This document shows, piece by piece, positions 52,286 to 61,412 of a stretch of 64,000 nucleotides of DNA. The stretch comes from Dictyostelium discoideum. Its lineage: Eukaryota. Below the pieces are notes generated by a model. That model did not search any database. It was not told the DNA's origin and saw only the letters and a list, made by a program, of their open reading frames with translations. Each line of letters starts with the position of its first letter. Position 1 is the stretch's first letter. A program made the translations under genes and the position numbers. Where the stretch lies: contig CM000154.2 of the NCBI GenBank assembly GCA_000004695.1, forward strand, positions 2,208,001 to 2,272,000. The letters run 5' to 3'.

Positions 52286-55272
52286 ATGAAAGGAATAAAA
52301 ATAATTTTAATTTTATTTTTAATACTTAAAATAAATTTAATAAAATCTCAAGAACCAATAAATATATTTATTAAAAATGGTGATGATCTTTGTAAAATTA
52401 ATAATTATTTAATACCATTTTCAAATTCAACCTTACCAATAATTTTAAACATTCAGAATGGAAATTATTATTCAACATGTAAAATAATAATAAATAATAT
52501 AAATAATTTAACTATAATACCCAATAATAATAAAAATAATAATAATAATAATGATAATAATGATAATAAAAATAATAATATTAATTTGATTGATATTGAA
52601 TTTGATTTTAAAGATTCAAATATTGAATTTTTAGAAATTAATTTTAAAAATCAAAATAATAGTAAAATTAATATTGAAAGTAGTAGTATAATATTAAGTG
52701 ATAGTAAATTAATATTAGGGGTATATTTTGAAAGTTTAAAAAGTTTTTTAAGAATTAATAATTCAATTATTAGTGATTCAGTATTTGTAATTTATAATTC
52801 AACAGTTTTAATTGATAATTCAACGATTAAATTCAATGAAATTTTTCAATATATAATAACGGCGACTAATACTACTACATCTTATTCATTATTACTTTAC
52901 AGTATATTTTCACAAAGTGAAACAAATATATCAATTAAAAATGGAATAATTGAATCAAATGGTTATTATAATAGTAATTTACAATTATTTAGTGATGGTA
53001 TTGAAGATTTAACAAATTCAATAACAATTGAAAATATAATAATTAAAGGATTTTCAAATAGTAAATTATTAATTGAAGCAAATGGAAATCAATTAATTAT
53101 TACAAATATTACCATAACAAATTGTAATTCAATAGTATTCATTTCAACTCAATCAATTCAATCAATTACAATAAATGGTATATTATTAATTGGAAATAAA
53201 AATTTTATATTAATTTATATAAATAAACTTTGTAATTTAAATATAAAAAATTTATTAACTAGTTGTGATAATGGTGTAAATAAAAATTCAGCATTAATTA
53301 AAAGTAGTGAATATATTGAACTTAATAATAATAATAATAATAATAATACAACAAATTATCAAATAAATATTAGTAATTCAAAATTACATTGTTTTGGAAA
53401 TTCAATTTTTAAAAGTTCAGAAATTAAAATTGAAAATGTTTCAATTTTAACGAATCCATTATTTCAAATTGATGATAGTTTTTTCATATTAAATAATAGT
53501 GATTTAAATATGAAATCAAGTTCAATAGTTTCAATTAGTTATTTTAAAGTATTGAGTGATTATTTCTTTCAACTTGAAAATCAATCAAATTTAGTAATTG
53601 ATAATTGTACATTTACAAACAGTACATCTGGAATGATATCAGCAATCAATAAATCTAAAGTATTATTATCAAGTATAGTTATTAATAATATTCAATTAGA
53701 TAATATACCATTTTTTAATATTAATAATTATTCACAATTAGTGATATCAAATAGTAGTAGTAGTAGTAGTAATCAATACAATGGTGTGATTATTGGTTTA
53801 AATATTAAAAAATATTATGGAACCAATTCACCATTAATTCTATCAACTTCAAATTCTATAATAAATATAGAATCATTAGAATTATCAGAAATTTCATTTA
53901 ATTCAAATAATAAAAATAATAATTATAATGTAATTGCAATTATAAATTTATTTTCATCAAGTTTATATATTAAAAATTCAATAATATCTCATTGTTATTC
54001 AACAGATTCAATTTTTAATTCAAATGATGGAACTGATTTTTTAGTTGAAAATGTAAAATTCTTTCAAAATTTTATAATATCATCTCAACAAAGCACAACA
54101 AGAAAACACAACAGAATTTATTTGGTAAAAGGATGGGTAGTATATTTGAACTGCAGGTTGATAATGTGAATTTTACAAATGTAGAATTTAAAAAGAATTC
54201 ATTTAGTCCAATATTAGGAACCTATAAATCAAATAATATAATATTAAATAGTATTATATCTGAGGATAATTTGGGATCATTTTGGTTTTCAACAAATGAT
54301 AAAAACTTGATTTCAAATAATTTATCATTGATTAATAGTAGAGTCCCAATTAATTATTTCTTTGGCTCATTATTTTCAAAAAATATAACATTTTCAAATT
54401 TATCATTAAAAAATAACTATTTCTTAAATTACTTATTTGATATTTATTATGGTGATTTGGTATTGTTTGAAAATGTTACATACTTTAATAATAAAGTCAT
54501 TAGTACACAAGGTAAAGATAATTGGCCATTCTTAAATAGGTATATGTCTCCAATGGATTTAACATACTCTCAATTTAGATTCTTAAATAATAATCAATTA
54601 AAATTTAAAAATTTCAATGTAATTGATAATCATTTCTTTTCAAGCATGATTTATATTTATGAATCAAATTTTATATTTGAAATTGGTAATATTGAATTTA
54701 ATAAATTTTATAATTATTCAAGAACTTCATTTTTAATTTCACAACATTCAATAATAAATTTAAATAAAATTAATTTCATTTCAAATAATTCAACTTATAA
54801 TATTTTATTTGATAGTGATAGTGATATTAGTGGTGGTGGTAGTAGTGGTAATAATAATATAAAAGGTGAAAATGAAATATTTGGATTAATTTATACATTT
54901 AATTCAAATTTTACTATGGATTCTGGTATACTCTTATGGAATGATTTCCCATTTAGTAATGGTTCAATAATTAATCATGCTTGTTTATCATCATCAGTAC
55001 ATTCCTATACTCTTTCAATTATTAATTCACAAATTTCTAATAGTATTTCAAATTTTGGTACTTTACATTTAGAATTTTCAATGGATAAAAATAATCAAGT
55101 TTTATTAAAAAATAATACATTTTCAAATAATTTTGCAAAAACTGGTTCTGTACTATATGTAATTGGTTTTGGTAATATTGGTAATTATAATCAATCAATT
55201 TTTTATAATTCAAATAGTTTTCAAAATAATTCTTGTATTTTTGGTAATAGTATAATTTCTTCAGGTATTTAT

Positions 55273-55304
<32 letters not shown>

Positions 55305-57121
55305 CCAAATAATAAAATAAAGGTATTATTTAATAAATAATTAATTAATAAAAATTTATTTTATAATTAGGAATTCCAAAAATTTTCCCAATTGAAAAAA
55401 TTATTGTTTATGGTGGTGACCAAATTGAAATTAATTTTCCATTTATTGATTATTTTAATAATCCAATTGATTATATTCCAGGTGTAAAAAATTTATCAAT
55501 ATCAATTTTAAATCCTTCAAATTCACCAAATCGTATAGATCAAGTTTTTATTCCACCAAATGTAATATCTGGAATAGGTACAATTTTTTATACATTTAAT
55601 GTTAGTAAAGAGGTTGAATTTAAAATTTTTTTTTTAAATTTTCAAGATTTAAATCCAATTAAAGTAAATGTAATAGGTTGTTCACCTTTTACTTTTCCTG
55701 ATAAACAAAAGGGTTGTTCTTTTTGTCTAATTGGTTCAACTGTTAAAAAAAGATATTATTATGATGATGATGATCTTATTGAACCTTGCAAAATATGTCC
55801 AGATAGTTTAACTTGTGAGAATGGAGATGTTTATTCCCATGTTGGTTATTATTTAATTAATCAAGATGTATCATTGGTTTACCAATGTGCATTAGATATG
55901 TGTTTAGAAAATAATCAATGTTCAAATAAAAATAATTATGGTGATTTATGTTTTGAGTGTATTGATAATGATGGAAATCAAGTTGTTTCAAAAAATGGTA
56001 TTCAATGTTGTTCAAAATTTATAGGTTGGTTAATAATTCCAATTATTTTAATTTATTTAATATTTGGTTTAATTCTATCTTATATAAAATATACAGTATT
56101 TAATAGTTTATTATGTAAATCCATATTATTTATTCAAATTAATTCAGTGATTTTCTTTCCTTATAGTGGTATTTATTTTTTACCATTATTTAGAGGTTCA
56201 CTTGATATGATTGATGGTATTTGTTTATCAAAGAATTTAAACTATATTGGCAAAGTATACTTGTCATATTTAATAATAATTTTATTATTTATAATTGGTT
56301 CAACTGATATAACAATTAAGTTATTTATTAAAATTTATCAAATATTTTTTAAAAAATCTAAAGAGTCAACAGTATTACCAAATTTCATAGTAAAAATATT
56401 AATAAGAAAAAAACAATATGGAGAATTTAATTATAAAATGAAATCTTTGTTTTCACTATTTCAAATTTTATTAATACCATTACTTTTCAATTCAATTTCA
56501 ATGTTGGTAAAGAAAAATATTCTTTACAACACCACTCGATTAATAATGGATTTTTCAATAATCAATTCTTCAAATCGAACCTTTTTACAAATTATTTCAA
56601 TACTTTTATTAATAATAATTGGTTTTTTTATTTTATTAGTGGTTTTAATATTTAATTTAAAAACATTTTTAAAATTAGTTAAAAAATTAGGACTAAATCT
56701 AAAATTCATTGAAAAATTTAAATTACAATCAAAATTAATTCAAATTTTAAATACTGACACAAGTAATAGTATATATAGGAATCAATTTAAATGGTGGAAT
56801 GTTATTGAAATTATTAGATCAATTATATTTTCCATTCTTTCAATATCAATGATATTCTCACCAAATTATTATATGTTAATTATAGTTTCAATACAGTTTA
56901 TCTATACATTCCTTTATATATTTTTTGAACCATTGCAAAAGAAATATTATTTTAAAAATATTTTAATTAATTTTTCCCAATTAATAATTTTTACAATTTT
57001 TGGTTCCTCTTTATTTCAAACATTGATTTTACCATTTTTTAAAGGTTTAATAATTTCAATTTTATCTTTTTTGGTTTTTATTATTATAATTTTTTTTAAA
57101 AAAATAAATAAAAATAAATAA
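52286..57121 (+). CDS. Giant secreted beta-helix (PMP-repeat / pectin-lyase-like) protein with a Cys-rich module and a C-terminal multi-pass transmembrane domain. It has an internal frame break and one intron
   Basis: Three ORF-track ORFs are linked. (a) 52286..~54130 in frame 2, with a signal peptide MKGIKIILILFLILKINLIKSQ and hundreds of residues of N/S/I-rich repeats of the form L-V-x-N-V-x-F-x-N…G-x-I (FxxN/GGxI-like). (b) A frame change to frame 1 somewhere in 54046..54133, where both frames are open and overlap, continuing to 55264. (c) A donor AG|GTATTT at 55265, a 106-nt T-rich intron, the acceptor …ATAATTAG ending at 55370, and exon 55371..57121 in the same frame as ORF 55874..57121. 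This last exon encodes a Cys-rich EGF-like segment (CKICPDSLTCENGD…CALDMCLENNQCSNK…CFECIDNDG…CCSKF) and at least 7 hydrophobic transmembrane helices. Confidence 0.6.
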
Positions 57122-57373
57122 AAATGAAAACATTTTGTAAATTAAATTAATTAAATTAATTTTTTTATAATACATGATGAGTACTTTATTAAAAAACCGC
57201 TGAGATGAAAATCAATTAATTTAATTATTCAAAGATTCATTCACAATTAAATATTTTTTTTTATAAATAATTTTTTCCATTTTTCTTTTAGAATTGGAGA
57301 ACGGCTTTCATTAAAAGGCTTTTACAAATTATTAACCGTAAAATTTTGGCTAAATTTAAAAAAAATCATAAAA

Positions 57374-57446
57374 GGGGATGTAGCTCAGATGGTAGAGCGC
57401 TCGCTTAGCATGCGAGAGGTAAAGGGATCGATACCCTTCTTCTCCA
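57374..57446 (+). tRNA. tRNA-Ala (anticodon AGC) with an atypical T-loop, followed by a T8 terminator
   Basis: The sequence GGGGATGTAGCTCAGATGGTAGAGCGCTCGCTTAGCATGCGAGAGGTAAAGGGATCGATACCCTTCTTCTCCA folds as a cloverleaf. The acceptor stem GGGGATG/CTTCTCC includes the G3:U70 Ala identity pair, the A-box reads TAGCTCAGATGGTAGAG, and the anticodon loop is CTTAGCATG (AGC at 57407..57409). The T-arm is AAGGG-ATCGATA-CCCTT, so position 54 is A rather than T and the B-box (GGGATCGATACC) deviates from GGTTCGANTCC. TTTTTTTT at 57447..57454 is a Pol III terminator. Confidence 0.75.
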
Positions 57447-57473
57447 TTTTTTTTGCCTAAAAATTTAGATTAA

Positions 57474-57485
57474 GGGTTCGACTCC
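57474..57485 (+). promoter_or_regulatory. ex-B box (an extra B-box-like motif, GGGTTCGACTCC) 28 bp downstream of the tRNA
   Basis: It matches the B-box consensus GGTTCGANTCC better than the intragenic B-box does. Dictyostelium tRNA genes characteristically carry such an ex-B element shortly downstream, which is linked to targeting of TRE3 retroelements. Confidence 0.4.
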
Positions 57486-57493
57486 TTAAAATA

Positions 57494-58526
57494 TTGTTAA
57501 CATTTGAAAAAAAAAAAAACCGTACCGCGATCAAGAGGATACAAGATACACGTGAAAAAAAAAAAAAACCGTACATAAAAAACGAAAATGGACAACCACT
57601 TTCACTGGCAGAATGGTATACCACAATTCAAGACCAAAATCCAACCATCCCTAAAACGGAATTCCAATCATCTCTAAACTTAAGAGGCTACAGCTATAAT
57701 CAACTCTTCAACAACATACTGAAGATAAAAGACCCTAAAACAAGAGACACAATGTTTAGATTCCATGCCAGATGCCTTCCAATAAACTACCTTCACAACA
57801 AACAATGCCCACTCTGCAAAGAAGATATGAGCAAAGACCCATACGGTCACCTGTTCTTCTCATGCAAGAAAACAAAACAATTCATAAAAATAAATAAATA
57901 AACTCAAAAATTTCATCTATATTACCACAGGCAAAGGTAAAAACTGGCACCATACAAGAATTAGGCAAAATAACAATTTCATTAATAGAATAACTCCAAA
58001 ATTGTCACCGACAGCCAAAAAAGATCAAGAAGTGAATGCAGATTACGCCAACCACAGATTCCACAAAGAATACTTTGAATGGAACTATAAAGCAATAGAC
58101 TATGATCATTCGCATATAGAAACCTAATGGCCCTTATCCTCCACAACATTTGGATTTGGATTTGCAATCAAATATACAGTGAAGATCCTTTAACAGATGA
58201 ATCACTATCATACAGCTCCCTTCTAAAGAAATGGCACAAATTGGCCACTCTAGAATACATCAAAAAAGCAAAAGATCTGAAAAACTTATCAGCAAAAGAC
58301 CATAATAACTTCAAAGATCCTAAGATCCTTCTCACTTCAACGATCAAGCTAAGAAAAACAACAGCTAATTACTATTGTATTCCAGAATCATCTCTCCCAA
58401 ATATTATATCTTTTGATCAATTCATATGATTAAAATAACCCTTCAGCTTAAATGATAAGCATTTAAATAAATATTAAATAAAACTCGTATTAACACAGAT
58501 GGACATATATCAATCTTGTTAATCCA

Positions 58527-58560
<34 letters not shown>
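57494..58560 (+). mobile_element. 5'-truncated TRE3-like non-LTR retrotransposon fragment (the 3' part of ORF2 plus the poly(A) tail), inserted about 50 bp downstream of tRNA-Ala
   Basis: GC content (about 40%) is distinctly higher than the flanks. ORF 57494..57901 ends in a LINE ORF2-type C-terminal Cys motif RFHARCLPINYLHNKQCPLCKEDMSKDPYGHLFFSC (C-x2-C-x11-H-x4-C). A second frame (58127..58429) continues, and the element ends in about 35 A at 58524..58560. Its position and orientation fit the TRE3 class of tRNA-gene-targeted retroelements that integrate 3' of tRNA genes. Confidence 0.5.
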
Positions 58561-58565
<5 letters not shown>

Positions 58566-60229
58566 ATAAACTGAACCAGTTAGCTAACTACCAACTAGCA
58601 CCACAAGAGAATTTGGATCGAAAACAATAAATGTTTTGATAGAATAAATAATAGAACTATATATTTATTAATTCTAAATAGAATTTTGGTTAGTTAAAAG
58701 AAGATAATATAACAAGTAGTGGTCTAAAGAGACTAGGTTTGGGAGCACTGATTCAGAATGCAATTAACTTTACATGTTAAGTTTCTAAAATTAATAATTT
58801 GATTGAGAAAACGTTTAGATATTTTTTTATTCTATCAAATATAATTTAGTTTCTATTTTTTTTTTTTTATTTTTAATTTTTATTTTTATTTTTTTTTTTA
58901 GTTAAGTATATTAAATTTAAAAAACTAAAATAAAAAAAATAATAAACAAAATAAAATAAAATAGAAACTAAAATTTATTTGATCCTAAATCTAAAATAAT
59001 AAAATTTTACTTTTGTTTTTTTATATAATTAAATTTTATTTTTTGTTTTTTTTTACTCTATTTTTAATTTTTTTTTTTTTTTTTTCAAATTTTTCATAAA
59101 TTTATCTAAAATAAATTATTTGCTTTATAATAATGCTGTTGTTGTTATTGTAATGGTAATTGCAATTTCTGTTGTTGTTCTATTAACTGTGAGATTGGTG
59201 ACGTTGTTTCATTATTATTATTATTTTGTTGACCAGTTATCATTGGTTCGTTATCCTCGTTATTTGATTGTTTAAAAATTAATTAATAATTTAATTTCAA
59301 GTATGCCCTATTTTTTTTTTTTTTTTCTCAAGCACAAAAACAACAAAAAGAGATATAATATTATCAGAAATGAATTATCTAAAAATCCTTTGATGAATTA
59401 TTGAAAAATTTAGATTTAAACTGTAAATAAAATAATATCAAATAAAAATAAAAAAAAAAGATATAATAATTTCTAAAAATAGAAATCAAATTAAAAAAAA
59501 TAAAAAATAAAAAATAAAAAAAAAATAAAAAATCAACCCTATATTTTTTTTTATTTTCCTGAATAGGAAACAAAAAACCAAAACAGGAATTTATTGATCA
59601 ATGATTAAAAAGAGTAAAAATGAAAACAAAAAAAAAAAAAAAAAAAAAAATTTTAATGATCTGAATTCCTTTTTTGGTTTATAATAATCTCATCCAAACT
59701 TGGTATGAAAATAAATAAAAAAAAAAAGAAAAAAAAAGTATAAAAAAAGAAAAATTTTCTTTTTAATTTTCATTCATAAAATAAATTCTAACAAAACAAC
59801 AACTAATAAAAAAATAAAAATTAAATATATACAAAAAAAGAATTAAAATAGTATTGTGAAAAAAAAAAAAGTAAATTATTTATAAAACATTATTAAAAAT
59901 AATACTAATTTTTATATATTACTTTTATTTTTTTCTTTTTTTACTATTAAAATAAAGATATAGGTGAATGGAATTCTAAAAAAGATTATACATAATATTG
60001 GTTAATTATTCTTGAATTTCAATTTAATAGTATTTTTTTCAATTTCTTTTTTTAAGATTAATTAAAGAGGGTTTAAAGAGTATTACAAAGATTTTTACTC
60101 CAATGGATCATAATTGGAGGGGCATCACAGATACAATAATTTTTTTTCAACTTTTTAAATGATAAACAAAACAAAATGGATTAATTTCTATTTTGTTTTA
60201 ATCTTTTGTGTAGGAGAATTAAAATTTTC

Positions 60230-60425
60230 TATTCTGGAGTTGTCCTTCTTTTACATTTTCATTGTACGCCGGGTGGTTTGAAGCCTTATCATTCACATAT
60301 ACAATGAAGCATCATTAGTGGATGATCGTGCTGTAATCAGTTAAAGTGGGCAAAGTTGGGGAGTCAGACATGCCTCCCATCCTAATCGAGGAAACGACCG
60401 ACCACTCCTCATTTACATTCTTTTT
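60230..60425 (+). ncRNA. Candidate structured non-coding RNA (a GC island with several hairpins, the 3' one followed by a T-run)
   Basis: A 190-bp block at about 45% GC with no ORF in any frame. It contains hairpins GGGAG-UCAGACAUGC-CUCCC (60357..60381) and GAGGA-AACGACCGACCAC-UCCUC (60387..60409), followed by ATTTACATTCTTTTT. An upstream hairpin CCAAT-GGATCATA-ATTGG (60100..60117) is followed by …AATAATTTTTTTT at 60133..60147. It matches no U1/U2/U4/U5/U6 snRNA core that I can recall. Confidence 0.25.
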
Positions 60426-61412
60426 AGAAATAAAAAGAAACTTCAAACATGTAATATTAATTTATTATGTCAAGTGTTTCGAAGGTAAATGTGCTAATTA
60501 GAATATTGTAATTCCTGGGTATTACCTCTTTTCAAAATCATAAAAAAAAAAAAATAAAAAATAAAAAATATGAAAAAAAAAGGAAATTAATCAATCACAA
60601 CTCTCTCAATAGATTATAGTTCAACAAAAAAAAAAAAAAACAACAACTCAATCAATATGAAAATCAATTATTTTTTTATATTGTCGTAATGAATGTTGTT
60701 TTTTTTAATACTATAACACTTTTGTTTTCATAAATCAATAATATCACCTTCAAAAAAAAAGTAAGTTATTTTTTTTTTTTTTTTTTTAATAATAATAATT
60801 ACCGTTCACTGAAACTATAACAATTTTAAAAAAATTCAAAATACCTAGGTTACATTAATGTTCTTATAAGAAGGCGAAGTGTGTTCTCAAACTCAAATAA
60901 AAAATAAAAATCCATTCCAAAGAAAGTGTTTTAAACTATTTAGTAAATTAGAATTTAAATAATTTTTTTTAAAAAAACCTTTCAATTATAATCAAATTAG
61001 TCAATGTTTAAATAAAAAACACCTTTAACTTATTGATCATACAAATTTTTTTCATTTTTTCATTTATTTTCTAATTATTATTATTTTCTATTTTCTTTAT
61101 TTATACAACCCCAAAACTCTTGTATTTCCAATCAAGACAACACATAAAAGGATACACACAACATAAATAATAATAAAAGAAAGAAAATATTTTTAACGAG
61201 ATTTTAAAATCATTAAAAAAAAAAAAAGGAAAATTAGAAGAGAGTTTATTAATGTGTATTTTTTTTTTTTGTTTTTGTTTTTGTTTTCTGTTTTTTTTTG
61301 TTTTTTTTTTTCTGTTTTTTTTTTCTGTTTTCTTTTTCTGTTTTCTGTTCTTTTGTTTTTCTGTTTTTTTTTTTTATTTTCTTAAAAAAAAATTAATTTT
61401 TGTTTACCAAAA

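Noticed and set aside
54053-54114. A 62-nt GTAAAA…ACAG intron as the explanation for the frame change in the giant beta-helix gene
   Set aside because: Splicing it out would delete VKFFQNFIISSQQ…, which matches the protein's own L-V-x-N-V-x-F-x-N repeat unit. The acceptor context (AACACAACAG) is atypical for Dictyostelium, and the length is at the minimum for introns. An indel or pseudogene is more parsimonious, though the intron cannot be excluded without RNA data.
59131-59275. Possible minus-strand terminal exon (…QSNNEDNEPMITGQQNNNNNETTSPISQLIEQQQKLQLPLQ*)
   Set aside because: It is Asn/Gln-rich and low-complexity. I could find no upstream exons or start codon in the 2 kb above it, and there is no homolog. 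It is probably a chance ORF.
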